Assembly (NCBI GenBank): GCA_036396635.1
Contig: DASWKM010000092.1
Location: 9,798 to 73,797, forward strand
Direction: 5' to 3'
Length of the DNA: 64,000 bases
Source of the DNA: Acidimicrobiia bacterium
GTDB taxonomy: Bacteria; Actinomycetota; Acidimicrobiia; Spongiisociales; ZC4RG35
The translations under genes were made by a program, and so were the position numbers. The notes under the pieces were generated by a model. That model had not been told where the DNA came from and searched no databases. It saw nothing but the letters and a program-made list of their open reading frames with translations. Each line of letters begins with the position of its first letter. The stretch's first letter is position 1. Below, piece after piece: positions 1 through 10,068 of this stretch.

Positions 1-42
1 CAGCGAGGCGAGAACAACTGAGCCTGCGGCCGAGGGGAGCGC

Positions 43-831
43 TTGATGGCCATGCTCGAGATAACCGGCTTGAACAAGTCGTTCGGCGGTCTGCGAGCCA
101 TCAACGGTCTGGACATCCATGTCGATGGGGGCGAGATCGTCAGTGTGATAGGCCCCAACGGGGCCGGCAAGACGACGTTCTTCAACCTGGTGACCGGGAT
201 GGACAGCCCGGATGAGGGCAGTATCGTCTTCGACGGTCAAGATCTTGTCGGGCTTCGGCCCAACCAGATCCTCCAGCTGGGGTTGGCCCGGACCTTCCAG
301 AATGTCCGTCTCTTCCCTGCTATGACCGTGCTCGAGAACGTCATGGTCGGCCAACACGCCAGGACCAGATCGGGCCTGCTCAGCGCCATTTTCAACACTC
401 CTCGCCATCGCAGGGAGGAGGCCGAGATCGAAGCTCGGGCCAAGGACGTGCTCGGTTTCTTCGGCAGTCGTCTCGTCGGGTACCGCTACGACCAGCTCTC
501 CATGGTTCTTTCCTTCGCCAACCGTCGTCGCCTCGAGATCGCCCGGGCCATGGCCACCGATCCCCGCCTTCTCCTCCTGGATGAGCCCACCGCCGGCATG
601 AATCCGAGGGAAACCCGCGAGCTGACAGAGTTGATCGGCCGGCTCCGCAGCGAACGGGGTTACACCATCGTGCTGATCGAGCACGACATGCAGGTGGTGC
701 GCAACGTGTCGGACCGGGTCGTCGTTCTCGATCATGGTGTGAAATTGACCGAGGGCTCGTATGAGGAGATATCGACCAACCAGGACGTGATCGAGGCGTA
801 TCTCGGTCGCCCAGCCGAGATGGGAACATGA
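43..831 (+). CDS. livG: Branched-chain amino acid ABC transporter ATP-binding protein (LivG-like)
   Basis: Walker A GPNGAGKTT. LivG-type N-terminus LEITGLNKSFGGLRAINGLD. ABC signature region present. Stop overlaps the start of the next ATPase (ATGA). Confidence 0.8.
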   Translation: MMAMLEITGLNKSFGGLRAINGLDIHVDGGEIVSVIGPNGAGKTTFFNLVTGMDSPDEGSIVFDGQDLVGLRPNQILQLGLARTFQNVRLFPAMTVLENVMVGQHARTRSGLLSAIFNTPRHRREEAEIEARAKDVLGFFGSRLVGYRYDQLSMVLSFANRRRLEIARAMATDPRLLLLDEPTAGMNPRETRELTELIGRLRSERGYTIVLIEHDMQVVRNVSDRVVVLDHGVKLTEGSYEEISTNQDVIEAYLGRPAEMGT

Positions 832-1550
832 TCGATCGCACCCCGATCCTCTCGCTGAAGGGCGTGAATACCCACTATGGGGCGGCGCACATCCTCAAAG
901 ACGTCAACATCGACGTTCACGCAGGCGAAATGGTGTGTCTGCTCGGAGGCAACGCATCGGGCAAGACCACGACGCTCAAGACGATGTTGGGCTATCTCAT
1001 CCCGTCGTCGGGTGCGGTGTATCTGGACGGCGAAAACGTCAACAGTTGGAGCACCGCACGACGCGTCGGCCACGGGCTGACGATGGTCCCCGAGAACCGG
1101 CGCCTGTTCAAGAGAATGACCGTCAAAGAGAACCTCGAGATCGGAGCCTACCTCCGACAAGGTGACCGTCTCGATGACGACTATGAGCGGATATTCGAGA
1201 TCTTCCCCCGGGTGAAAGAGCGTATGAACCAGAGGGCAGGCACGCTGTCGGGCGGGGAGCAGCAAATGGTGGCGATGGGCAGGGCGCTGATGGCGCGACC
1301 CAAAGTCTTGCTCATGGACGAGCCGTCCATGGGGTTGGCTCCCATCCTCGTTACGCAGAACTTCGAGATCATTGAACGCATCAACAAGGCGGGCACCACG
1401 GTGTTCATCGTGGAGCAGAACGCCAACATGGCCCTGTCAATCGCCGACCGCGGCTACGTCCTGCAGACTGGTCAGATTGTCCTCAACGACACGGCGCAGG
1501 GATTGCTGGACAACCCCCAGATGCGCCAGGCCTACCTCGGCGAGGTCTAG
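828..1550 (+). CDS. livF: Branched-chain amino acid ABC transporter ATP-binding protein (LivF-like)
   Basis: Walker A GGNASGKTT. LSGGEQQM signature. Start is translationally coupled to the upstream ATPase. Confidence 0.8.
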   Translation: MIDRTPILSLKGVNTHYGAAHILKDVNIDVHAGEMVCLLGGNASGKTTTLKTMLGYLIPSSGAVYLDGENVNSWSTARRVGHGLTMVPENRRLFKRMTVKENLEIGAYLRQGDRLDDDYERIFEIFPRVKERMNQRAGTLSGGEQQMVAMGRALMARPKVLLMDEPSMGLAPILVTQNFEIIERINKAGTTVFIVEQNANMALSIADRGYVLQTGQIVLNDTAQGLLDNPQMRQAYLGEV

Positions 1551-2776
1551 ACGGTCTCGTCCTCGGGCACCTCGTCCTCGACGAGCGCTGCCATCTCGTG
1601 TGTGTCGAAGAGCCGGGTCTGATTTGGGCTTCTCCGGCTGATCCGGGCCAATCTCTCCGGGGGCTCGGTCACCTCGATCATCGCCTCCGACGCTTCCTGC
1701 CATGACTGGCCGAGGACCCTGGTGCGCCAGACATGTCCGACCAGGATCCGGATCGCCGCGGTGAGCGGCACAGCCACCAACACACCGAGCAGACCGGCCA
1801 CCGCACCACCTACGACCAGAGCGAGGACGATCGCCAATGGGGAGAGGTTCACCCGCGTCCTCTGAATCATCGGCGTGATCAGGTGGTTGTCGAGCTGCTG
1901 CACTGCCACCATGATCACCACTGCCCACAGCGCCTGCCACGGGTCACCATGGAGAAGGGCGACCAGGGCCGCCAGGGCACCACCCACAATCGGTCCCAAG
2001 AATGGGATCAGGTTCAGGAAACCGGCGATGATGCCTATCAAGAGCCAGAAGGGCAGGTCTATCGCCCACATGCCGATGCTCGACGCGATCCCCACGATGA
2101 CGGCGACGATGAGCTGGCCACGGACGAAGGACCCGAGAGCAGTTGCGACCTCGGTGCTTACGTATCTCACCTCGTCCCGGTGCAGGGGGGGCGTCAGCTC
2201 GAGTGCTTGACTCTTTATGCGGTTCAGGTCGATCAGGAGGTAGAGAGCGAGCACCGGCGTGAGCCCAATGACCGCGATCGCCTCGGTGACACCCCGGATC
2301 ACGACACCTGCACCGGCGCCGAACCCAAGCAGGAGATTGCGCACGGTCTCCTGATTCGCCGGGTCACGAAGCCACTCCTCGATCGCCCCCTGAGAGAGAA
2401 GGTCATCGATATCGAACCCCAGGCTCTCGGCGGATTGTTTCGCCCAGTCGATGACGTTGCCATACAGATCCGGGAGCTGCTCCACGAACTCGAGTGCCTG
2501 GGCCTGGACCGTAGGCCAGACCAGGGCCCCCGTCGCAACAATGATCGCAACCAGCATCAACAGAGCGAGGAGCGCACCCGCGACCCTGGGGATGCGAAGC
2601 TTCTCGAACACCTTGACCGCAGGCTCGAGAAGGAACACGAGCCCGGCAGCGAAGGCGACGGGCAGCCAAATCACCCTAACCGAGTCGGCGAGGAAGACCA
2701 GTGCCCAACCGAGGGCGAGGGCTCCGACCGTGATCCACACGATCAGGGCGGTTTGGCGGAGCCGGTCAGGTGTCAC
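1547..2776 (-). CDS. AI-2E family (PerM/UPF0118) transporter
   Basis: 409-aa polytopic membrane protein. The LIPFLGPIVGGALAALVAL segment is typical of AI-2E/UPF0118 permeases. Confidence 0.65.
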   Translation of the reverse strand: MTPDRLRQTALIVWITVGALALGWALVFLADSVRVIWLPVAFAAGLVFLLEPAVKVFEKLRIPRVAGALLALLMLVAIIVATGALVWPTVQAQALEFVEQLPDLYGNVIDWAKQSAESLGFDIDDLLSQGAIEEWLRDPANQETVRNLLLGFGAGAGVVIRGVTEAIAVIGLTPVLALYLLIDLNRIKSQALELTPPLHRDEVRYVSTEVATALGSFVRGQLIVAVIVGIASSIGMWAIDLPFWLLIGIIAGFLNLIPFLGPIVGGALAALVALLHGDPWQALWAVVIMVAVQQLDNHLITPMIQRTRVNLSPLAIVLALVVGGAVAGLLGVLVAVPLTAAIRILVGHVWRTRVLGQSWQEASEAMIEVTEPPERLARISRRSPNQTRLFDTHEMAALVEDEVPEDETV

Positions 2777-2803
2777 GGTGAGCCAGTGTAATTGGCGCCG
2801 TTT

Positions 2804-3661
2804 CTAGCCTTCCGTGACCACCAGGGTGGCTCCGGAATCGACCGTGAAGACCCATCCAGCCCCTCCCGCTGGTGCATCGGCACCGTTGGCGGTCAGTGTC
2901 CACGTCGCCGGGATCGAGGCCTGACCGATGACCCGGGCCGGTGAACCCGACGGGATCACTATCCGAATCGAACCGTGGACATCTACAGGCACCTCCCCCA
3001 GCGGTGCGCCGAGCCTGACCACTCCGGAACCGCTCAGGCCCAACCCAGTGATGGTCAAGGCTCTCAGGTCGGCATCGAGTGCGCCATCGAGGTGGAGATC
3101 CCAACGTGGGGACGGGGACAGCAACAGCTCCCATCCCGAATAGGTGTACACGCCAGGATCGGCTTCCGGCTCGAGCACCACGGAGACCGAGACGGCGTTT
3201 ACCTGCTCAGCTGCGCCGGGAATGCCAACTGCCCCGCCGCGTCGGATCGGCTCCACCTGATAGAGGAACTCGGAGCCGGCGGAGACAACGAGCGACCCTT
3301 CCAGCTCCGCCCTGAGAGATGCCACGGTGTACTCCCCGGTCTCGGGCCCGACCAGACGTTGCGACGCCGAAGGCATAAGGGACCAACCCGCGACATGGCC
3401 CCACGCGAAGAGCCCCACCGCGGCCAATCCCAGCAGAGGAACCAGGCCCGCCACGTGTACGGGGCCGAGCCTTGTGTTCCGGAAGAAGACCGCCAGAGCC
3501 GCAATGGCCGCCCAGACCGGCCACCAGGCCACCAGGTCGGCAACTATCGAGCGGCTGAACCGGCCGTACACGGCCAGGCCGAGCAGAGAGGTCATCGACA
3601 GGATGGGGAGAAGCCAGATTCTCGGAAACCCGCGGCCGAATCCGACCGCACGATGGGTCAT
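2804..3661 (-). CDS. Membrane protein of unknown function (N-terminal TM helices, extracytoplasmic C-terminal domain)
   Basis: Hydrophobic N-terminal third with several predicted TM segments. No recognisable motif. Confidence 0.4.
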   Translation of the reverse strand: MTHRAVGFGRGFPRIWLLPILSMTSLLGLAVYGRFSRSIVADLVAWWPVWAAIAALAVFFRNTRLGPVHVAGLVPLLGLAAVGLFAWGHVAGWSLMPSASQRLVGPETGEYTVASLRAELEGSLVVSAGSEFLYQVEPIRRGGAVGIPGAAEQVNAVSVSVVLEPEADPGVYTYSGWELLLSPSPRWDLHLDGALDADLRALTITGLGLSGSGVVRLGAPLGEVPVDVHGSIRIVIPSGSPARVIGQASIPATWTLTANGADAPAGGAGWVFTVDSGATLVVTEG

Positions 3662-4206
3662 TCCTCGTAACCGGTCCCCAGGACCATCACGATGTCCGCA
3701 CCCACTTGGAGCGTGTCGTCGGGTAGAGCCTCCACGGTGGCTCCAGGGATGAACTCCAGCAGGGCGGCTGCCTCCGCGGCGAAGCCCTCCCTGTACCAGA
3801 TACGGGATGGGCTCAACTCAGGCTCGTAGTCGTCCGGAGTGAGGGTCTGATACCCCGCCGCGCCCAGCTCGGATGTGAGACGTCCAGCGGCGCCGTCGAG
3901 ACCGATGGAATTGAGGACGACCACAGTGGTCTCGCCCGGGTCACGCACGGGAACGGTCGTTGATCCCGGAGCCGTGGTCGTTGTGGAGATCTGCCGGCCG
4001 GATGTCGACGTCACCTCATTGCCCGTAGTGCTCGTGGTTTCCTGGGGGCGCTCCGTCGTCGACGGGCCGGTCACCGGTGAATCGGCAAACACGTAGAGCA
4101 GGAAGAAAACCAGTCCCCCGACGACGATGATCCCCAGGAGCATGACCGCCAGGTCCCGATAGAAAGTGCCGAGGGTTTGCGAAGAGTGCTTGCCCTTGCT
4201 CGTCAT
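3658..4206 (-). CDS. LytR_C domain-containing membrane protein
   Basis: N-terminal TM helix, then a Thr/Ser-rich linker, then a C-terminal block (VVVLNSIGLDGAAGRL...VGADIVMVLGTGY) resembling the LytR/CpsA/Psr C-terminal domain. Confidence 0.5.
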   Translation of the reverse strand: MTSKGKHSSQTLGTFYRDLAVMLLGIIVVGGLVFFLLYVFADSPVTGPSTTERPQETTSTTGNEVTSTSGRQISTTTTAPGSTTVPVRDPGETTVVVLNSIGLDGAAGRLTSELGAAGYQTLTPDDYEPELSPSRIWYREGFAAEAAALLEFIPGATVEALPDDTLQVGADIVMVLGTGYEE

Positions 4207-4436
4207 CAGACTGCGACCCCCGAGCCCGTGGGCTCTTCGATCATCGAGAGGACACGTTTAGTGGTCAACGGGTCGTATGCAAAAGCGACGCGAAGCGAGA
4301 TGAGTGATCGGAGACGCTCGTAGTAGAGGGCGGCGGTCAGCCCGAGGCTCATCTCGATTGCCTGGTCTTTCGGGCCCGGTTCCAGCCAGCAGGCCCGTTC
4401 GAAGTCGAGGATCGCCCTGTCCTCAGCGGTCAACAT
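4206..4436 (-). CDS. DUF3263 domain protein
   Basis: 76-aa protein matching the small actinobacterial DUF3263 family (LTAEDRAILDFERACW...ERLRSLI). This family usually sits next to LytR_C genes. Confidence 0.55.
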   Translation of the reverse strand: MLTAEDRAILDFERACWLEPGPKDQAIEMSLGLTAALYYERLRSLISLRVAFAYDPLTTKRVLSMIEEPTGSGVAV

Positions 4437-4523
4437 CGCCGGAAGGGTAAGGGCGACCCACCGTTTTTGGGCGTATTTGACTCAGCGTGTGGCCAGATAC
4501 GCCCAATGAGGGAGTGAAGGCGG

Positions 4524-4596
4524 AGCCGCGTACCGGAGTCGAACCGATGACCTGCTGATTACAAATCAGCTGCTCTGCCAGCTGAGCTAACGCGGC
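4524..4596 (-). tRNA. tRNA-Thr (anticodon TGT)
   Basis: The reverse complement folds as a cloverleaf: acceptor GCCGCGT, D arm AGCTCAGCTGGCAGAGC, anticodon stem GCTGA/TCAGC with loop TTTGTAA (anticodon UGU), T arm GGTTCGACTCC. CC is encoded but not the terminal A. Confidence 0.85.
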
Positions 4597-5366
4597 GTTC
4601 GAATCCTCATTATCTCAAATACGGCAAGCGCAGCGGAAACTGACGCATTCAGGCTCTCCGCCTGACGTGTCATCGGTATGAACGCCAACACGTCACAACG
4701 CCTCCGGGTCAACGCAGCCAGGCCCGTTCCTTCCGCACCGATGACGATGGCCACCGGCTCGGTCAACAGCTCGAGATCGAAGAGGCCTTGGTCTCCGCCC
4801 GGTTCCAGACCCACGATCCAAAGCCCCCGATCCTTGAGCCTGCTCAACGCCTCGGGGATCGAGCCGACCACTGCCACGGGGAGATGCTCCAACGCCCCTG
4901 CCGCCGCCTTGAAGGTCGAGGCCGACAGCGGGGCCGCCCTCCGTGAAGACACCACCATCCCGCTCATACCGGCGGCAAGGGCGCTTCGGGCGGAGGCGCC
5001 GACGTTGTGGGGATCCTCGATGTGATCGAGAGCCAGCACCGCAGCAGTGCCCCCGGTCAATGACTCCAGGGTCACCGGCTGGATTGGCCGGCAGTGGGCG
5101 ACAATCCCCTGTGGGGACTCGGTGCCGGCCAGTGAGCGAACGTCGTCAACCACGCTGATGGCCGAGTCATCGAGCCCGGAGAGCACGTCGGACAGCCGTG
5201 CCGCGCGACCCCGCTCCACGAACAGCCTCTCGACCCGACCGGCCCGGATCGCGGCGGTTACCGCGTGGACTCCCTCAACCCTATCTCCGTAGCCAGCGGG
5301 AGCCACGGGGCCCGTCCTCGATCGTGACACCGGCCTTACCCAGCCGATCCCTGATGTCGTCCGCAT
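4587..5366 (-). CDS. rlmB: TrmH/SpoU-family 23S rRNA (guanosine-2'-O)-methyltransferase (RlmB-like)
   Basis: SpoU methylase motifs LALDHIEDPHNVGASARSA and IVIGAEGTGL. Sits downstream of cysS as in mycobacteria. The 5' end overlaps cysS by 86 nt, so the true start is probably an internal GTG near 5306-5339. Confidence 0.75.
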   Translation of the reverse strand: MRTTSGIGWVRPVSRSRTGPVAPAGYGDRVEGVHAVTAAIRAGRVERLFVERGRAARLSDVLSGLDDSAISVVDDVRSLAGTESPQGIVAHCRPIQPVTLESLTGGTAAVLALDHIEDPHNVGASARSALAAGMSGMVVSSRRAAPLSASTFKAAAGALEHLPVAVVGSIPEALSRLKDRGLWIVGLEPGGDQGLFDLELLTEPVAIVIGAEGTGLAALTRRRCDVLAFIPMTRQAESLNASVSAALAVFEIMRIRTPR

Positions 5367-6636
5367 CGGCGAACCGCCGCTCCGCCCTGGCCAGGTTTCT
5401 CTGCTCGACGAGGCTCTTTATCTCCTCATCGGAGAGCCCGCCCGACGACAGCGCCGGGAGACTGGCGTCATCCAAACCGAGCACACCCACGATCACCTCG
5501 ACCGCCCCGGCCAGCGCCGATGCGTCGCCACCCTCGTCAACGAGCCGGTTGCCCTCTCTGATCAGGTCGAACATCAGTGACACAGCCTGCGGCGTGCCGA
5601 AGTCCTCGTCCATGACCTCGGTGAATCGCTGAAGTGACGTGGGATCGGGTTCGCCCGGTGTGACCCGCTCCCGGAACCGGTCGAGCCGGTCAAGGGACTC
5701 CTTTGCGTCGGCCAGGAGCTCCTCGGAGTACTCGATGGGTGACCGGTAGTGCGCCCTCACGTACAGCATGCGCAGAGCACGACCGCCATGCTCCTCGATG
5801 ACCGACTCGAGATCGACGATACGCCCTTCCGACTTGGCCATCTTCTCCCCACCGAGGTTGACCATCCCGTTGTGCAGCCAGTAACGGGCGAATGTGTTGC
5901 CGTTGGCACCCTCGCTCTGAGCCACCTCGTTCTCATGATGAGGGAACACCAGATCGAGTCCGCCACCATGGATGTCGAATCCCACCCCGAGATACCTCTC
6001 GGCCATCGCCGAGCACTCGATGTGCCACCCGGGGCGACCCGGTCCCCAGGGTGAGTCCCAGGTCGGCTCACCCGGCTTGGCGGCCTTCCACAGGGCGAAG
6101 TCGAGCGGATCCTCCTTGGCCTCGTCCACCTCGATGCGATAACCCGCCCTGAGCTCCTCCGGGCGACGCCCGGAGAGCTTGCCGTATTGCTCCAGGGTCT
6201 TGACCGAGAAGTAGACGTCGCCATCGCTGGGGTAGGCGAGGCCGCGATCCACCAGCCTGCCGATCAACTCCAGCATCTCCGGGATGTGCTCCGTCGCCTT
6301 GGGCTCGATGTCGGGGGCCAGGACGCCCAGTTCTCCGAACGCGTTGGCAAAACGGCCCGCCATCTCCGTTGCGAGCTCCTCGACCGACTCACCCGTCTCG
6401 ACTGCGGCAGCGATGATCTTGTCCTCGACGTCGGTGATGTTCGAGACGTAGGTAACCTCGAAACCGCGCCACATCAGATATCTCCGGATGACGTCGAAAG
6501 CCACCGCATATCGCCCATGTCCGATGTGAGGCTCCGATTGGACCGTGGGGCCGCAGACGTAGATGCCCACCTTCCCCTCAACCCGGGGCTCGAAGTCGAC
6601 CATGGCACGACCCATCGTGTTGTGGACCCGAATCAT
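5281..6636 (-). CDS. cysS: Cysteine--tRNA ligase
   Basis: Class I aaRS HIGH motif (PHIGHGR) and a KMAKS (KMSKS-like) motif. [14 protein letters not shown]-terminus is typical of CysS. Confidence 0.9.
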   Translation of the reverse strand: MIRVHNTMGRAMVDFEPRVEGKVGIYVCGPTVQSEPHIGHGRYAVAFDVIRRYLMWRGFEVTYVSNITDVEDKIIAAAVETGESVEELATEMAGRFANAFGELGVLAPDIEPKATEHIPEMLELIGRLVDRGLAYPSDGDVYFSVKTLEQYGKLSGRRPEELRAGYRIEVDEAKEDPLDFALWKAAKPGEPTWDSPWGPGRPGWHIECSAMAERYLGVGFDIHGGGLDLVFPHHENEVAQSEGANGNTFARYWLHNGMVNLGGEKMAKSEGRIVDLESVIEEHGGRALRMLYVRAHYRSPIEYSEELLADAKESLDRLDRFRERVTPGEPDPTSLQRFTEVMDEDFGTPQAVSLMFDLIREGNRLVDEGGDASALAGAVEVIVGVLGLDDASLPALSSGGLSDEEIKSLVEQRNLARAERRFADADDIRDRLGKAGVTIEDGPRGSRWLRR

Positions 6637-6646
6637 CGGCGCGATG

Positions 6647-7150
6647 TTAAGTCAGGGGTTGAACGGTCACGACCGCAATCGCCGCCACGCCCTCGCCCCG
6701 GCCGGTGAAGCCCAGGCCGTCGGTGGTGGTCGCCTTGACCGAGACCACCTGCGGAGCGACGGCGAGGGCCTCGGCAAGCTGGGCCCTGATTGGCTCACGA
6801 TGAGGGGATACCCGGACCTTCTCGGCAACGACCGTCACGTCGAGGTGTGTCGTGTGCCATCCGGCGGCGTCCGCCATGGTGACGGCCTTTCGTAACAGGA
6901 GCATCGAGTCGGCACCGGCGAGGGATGGGTGCTCGGAGGGGAAGTGCTCGCCGATGTCCCCCAACACACAGGCACCCATCAATGCATCGGTGACCGCATG
7001 GGCCACTACATCGCCGTCGGATGTGGCGGACACCCCCACTGCGTCAGACACCACGACGCCCCCGAGCTTGAGCGGCGGGTCGCCATCGAGGGCATGTGCG
7101 TCGAAACCCCAACCGACTCTGGGCCCGGAGGCGGTGCCGCCGGTGGTCAT
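6647..7150 (-). CDS. ispF: 2-C-methyl-D-erythritol 2,4-cyclodiphosphate synthase
   Basis: GWGFDAHALDGDPPLKLGGV and SDGDVVAHAVTDALMGA match the IspF metal- and substrate-binding motifs. 167 aa. Confidence 0.9.
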   Translation of the reverse strand: MTTGGTASGPRVGWGFDAHALDGDPPLKLGGVVVSDAVGVSATSDGDVVAHAVTDALMGACVLGDIGEHFPSEHPSLAGADSMLLLRKAVTMADAAGWHTTHLDVTVVAEKVRVSPHREPIRAQLAEALAVAPQVVSVKATTTDGLGFTGRGEGVAAIAVVTVQPLT

Positions 7151-7650
7151 TCCTCGATCTGCTCGACCTTGGGCAAGGCGCGATCGAGCTTCTTCACCGC
7201 CTCGTCATCATCGACCTCGAGGCTGAAGGCAAGCTCGGATGAGAGCGTGAGCCGCGCCTTGGACAGCATCCGTTTCAGCGCCGGGCTGATGCCTTTGGTC
7301 TGCTGTGCGTATGACAGGTCGCGGACAACCTCGGCCACCTGAAAAATGTCGCCGGAAGTCATCTTCTCGTTCAGGACCTTGTACCAACGGCTCCAGTTGG
7401 CACCTGCCTCCTCCGGCTCCCCTTTGAGGGAGCGGAGCACGTCACGTGACTTGGTCTTGGAGATGACGGGACGGATCAGATCGTCGGCCCTTTCCAACGG
7501 CACCATCACGGTGAGTTGCTCGGTGGCGATCTCGAGGATGAAGTAGTCTTTCCTTGCTCCGTCGAAGGTCTGCCTGACCTTCTTCTTGATCGTGGCTGCC
7601 CCGTGCTGGGGGTGAACGACTTTGTCCCCTACCGAATACTTGGAAGCCAT
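7147..7650 (-). CDS. carD: CarD family transcriptional regulator
   Basis: From the internal ATG (MASKYSVGDKVVHPQHGAA...) the protein aligns with the CarD/CdnL N-terminal RNAP-interacting domain. The six-frame ORF extends to 7803, but that extension overlaps disA. Confidence 0.8.
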   Translation of the reverse strand: MASKYSVGDKVVHPQHGAATIKKKVRQTFDGARKDYFILEIATEQLTVMVPLERADDLIRPVISKTKSRDVLRSLKGEPEEAGANWSRWYKVLNEKMTSGDIFQVAEVVRDLSYAQQTKGISPALKRMLSKARLTLSSELAFSLEVDDDEAVKKLDRALPKVEQIEE

Positions 7651-7681
7651 AGACGGGGCCGGAGTGTACAACCAGGCCCGG

Positions 7682-8728
7682 TCAATCGAGCATGGGCTCC
7701 CACTCATGCGCAGCGGTCTCCAGCCGATGGAAGAAGTTGAGAAGCTGTCTGGCCCTGGTTTCCCCGACTCCTTCGACCCCGATGAGCTGGGCTTCAGAAG
7801 CACGCAACAGCTTGGACACGCTCCCGAATTGGCGAACGATGTCCTCGCGCACGTTGTCCGGGAGACGACCCACCTGGGCGAGCAGCCTGTGCCCCCGAGG
7901 CTCCGCTGGATCGTCCAGCTCGGGGAAGCCCAGCTCCTTGCCCACCATGGAAGGGTCTTCGAGGTCGGAGCCGGTCAACTCCCCGAGCCGCTCGATCGTC
8001 CTGTCCACCATTCCGGAGCGCATCGGCCTGACGTAGTCCTGCACCACTAGCCCCTCGACATGACGGACACCGGAGAGCAGGTCATTGAGCTGGAGGGTGG
8101 CAATTCGGCCCTCGTCACCAAGGGTGCGTGTCCGATCCCTGATGACCCGGCCCAGCCTGTCCACCAGCTCTGCCCGCTGGATGACCGTCACCACCGACCG
8201 GTAGCTCACGAGGCCCGTCACCTCGAGTCGGTTGAGACGATGCTCGGACTCGTCGAGACGGCTGCGCAGTCTCTCGAGGCTCTGCAGCTCTTGATTCACA
8301 TAGGCCGCCACCTCGGTGGGTGCCGCCAGCTCGATCTTGTGTTCGCCATAGAAGAGAGTGGCCACCCGACGACCCTCGCTCACCGCGACCACAGGTGTCC
8401 CGGTCTCCCGCGCCAGACGCTCTGCGGTGCGATGACGGGCGCCGGTCTCGGTGGTCTCGATGGAACTGTCGGGGATGAAGTGGACATTGACCTCGAGAAT
8501 GTCGGACCAGGTGTCGTTGATGACGATCCCACCGTCCATCTTGGACAGCTCGGCGAGCCGCTGCGGAGTGAACGGCGTTCCGTTCAAACGGAATCCGCCC
8601 GAACTCGCCGCCGTAACTTTGGCGTTGTGGCCGAGCACGACCAGACCACCCTTGCCCTGCTGTATTATCCGCTCGATGGCCTGCCGCATCGGTGTGCCCG
8701 GAGCAAGTCTTTCGAGCGTCTCACTCAT
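7682..8728 (-). CDS. disA: DNA integrity scanning protein DisA (diadenylate cyclase)
   Basis: DAC-domain N-terminus (LERLAPGTPMRQAIERIIQQGKGGLVVLG), central linker, C-terminal HhH (VSKLLRASEAQLIGVEGVGETRARQL). Located immediately downstream of radA. Start taken at MSETLERL (ORF track extends to 8767). Confidence 0.85.
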   Translation of the reverse strand: MSETLERLAPGTPMRQAIERIIQQGKGGLVVLGHNAKVTAASSGGFRLNGTPFTPQRLAELSKMDGGIVINDTWSDILEVNVHFIPDSSIETTETGARHRTAERLARETGTPVVAVSEGRRVATLFYGEHKIELAAPTEVAAYVNQELQSLERLRSRLDESEHRLNRLEVTGLVSYRSVVTVIQRAELVDRLGRVIRDRTRTLGDEGRIATLQLNDLLSGVRHVEGLVVQDYVRPMRSGMVDRTIERLGELTGSDLEDPSMVGKELGFPELDDPAEPRGHRLLAQVGRLPDNVREDIVRQFGSVSKLLRASEAQLIGVEGVGETRARQLLNFFHRLETAAHEWEPMLD

Positions 8729-8766
8729 CGTCGGACCACCCACAGTCGCCAGGCTATCACCAAGCA

Positions 8767-10068
8767 CTACAGGCCCGCCCTCGCCATCGCATCCACGAGT
8801 CTCATCGGCTCGCCCCCAACAGGTGCCACCCGTCGCTCGAGCCCCATGCGGTTGAGCTCATCGATCCGTCTCGCCGCATAGGGAACCGCCCGCACCTCTC
8901 CGGCCAGCCCCACCTCGCCCCATGCCGCCATCCGGCCCAGCGGTCGGTCTGCGGCCGACGAGGCAAGCGCGAGTGCCACGGGGAGATCACATCCCGGCTC
9001 ATCGAGACGCCAGCCGCCCACGACATTGACATAGATCTCCTTGTCTTGGACCCTCACCCCCGCATGCCGGTCGAGCACGGCGATCACCTGATTCACACGA
9101 GCCGGGTCCAGGCCACGCACCGAACGTCTCGGCTGGGCCAGTTGAGTGGTGGCAACGAGCGCCTGGACCTCCACCAGGACAGAACGTCTCCCCTCGACCG
9201 CCGGATAGACGATGGTTCCCGGAACGGCGGTCTCCCAACCGTCGAGGAACATCTTGGAGGGGTCGTCCACCTCCACCAGGCCATCCCCTTGCATGTCGAA
9301 CATGCCCGAGACATGGGTGGCGCCAAACCGGTTCTTGTTGCTGCGCAGCACCCTGAATCCCCGGTCCGGGTCTCCCTCGAGATAGAGGACGACGTCGACC
9401 ATGTGCTCCAGGATCTTGGGTCCGGCAAGCCCTCCCTCCTTGGTCACATGGCCCACCAAGATCACGATCACGCCTGTTGTCTTGGCCAAACGGATCAGAC
9501 GTGCGGCACTCTCCCTCACTTGGGCCACACCTCCGGGTGCTGAGGGGATCTCTGACACGCCGACCGTTTGGATCGAATCGACCACCAGGACTGAAGGGTG
9601 GGCCGAGCGAGCCAGCGCCACGATGGCGTCGACATCGTCATCGGAGACCAGATCGACGTTGTCGGTCCCCATCCCGATCCGCTCCGCACGCATGGCCACC
9701 TGGAAGGCCGACTCCTCGGCACTGGCCAGGATGACGTGCTCACCCTGGATGGCGAGACCACCGGCCATCTGGAGAAGAAGTGTCGATTTCCCCACCCCTG
9801 GCTCGCCACCCAGCAACACGACCGAGCCCCGTACCAGACCACCACCCAGGACTCGATCGACCTCGGCCCAATTGGTGGCCAACCGCTCCAACCGACTCGC
9901 CGAGGCCTCGATCATGGAGACTGGTCTCGCCGAGCGTTGCTTTGACGTAGGAGCCGGCCCAGCCGTCTCCGTCAGGGCGTCCGAGGACCCACACTGCGGG
10001 CAGAAACCCATCCATTTCGGTGCTCGATAACCGCAGGAATCACAGCCGAAGACGGAAGATGGTGCCAT
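8767..10068 (-). CDS. radA: DNA repair protein RadA
   Basis: N-terminal zinc finger CDSCGYRAPKWMGFCPQCG. Walker A GEPGVGKSTLLLQ. KNRFG motif. Lon-like C-terminal domain. Confidence 0.9.
   Translation of the reverse strand: MAPSSVFGCDSCGYRAPKWMGFCPQCGSSDALTETAGPAPTSKQRSARPVSMIEASASRLERLATNWAEVDRVLGGGLVRGSVVLLGGEPGVGKSTLLLQMAGGLAIQGEHVILASAEESAFQVAMRAERIGMGTDNVDLVSDDDVDAIVALARSAHPSVLVVDSIQTVGVSEIPSAPGGVAQVRESAARLIRLAKTTGVIVILVGHVTKEGGLAGPKILEHMVDVVLYLEGDPDRGFRVLRSNKNRFGATHVSGMFDMQGDGLVEVDDPSKMFLDGWETAVPGTIVYPAVEGRRSVLVEVQALVATTQLAQPRRSVRGLDPARVNQVIAVLDRHAGVRVQDKEIYVNVVGGWRLDEPGCDLPVALALASSAADRPLGRMAAWGEVGLAGEVRAVPYAARRIDELNRMGLERRVAPVGGEPMRLVDAMARAGL

Noticed and set aside
1733-2791. 352-aa + strand ORF rich in D/E/R/H/Q, antisense to the AI-2E transporter
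   Set aside because: Composition is typical of the antisense strand of a high-GC membrane-protein gene. It has no motifs and its boundaries coincide with the real gene on the opposite strand.
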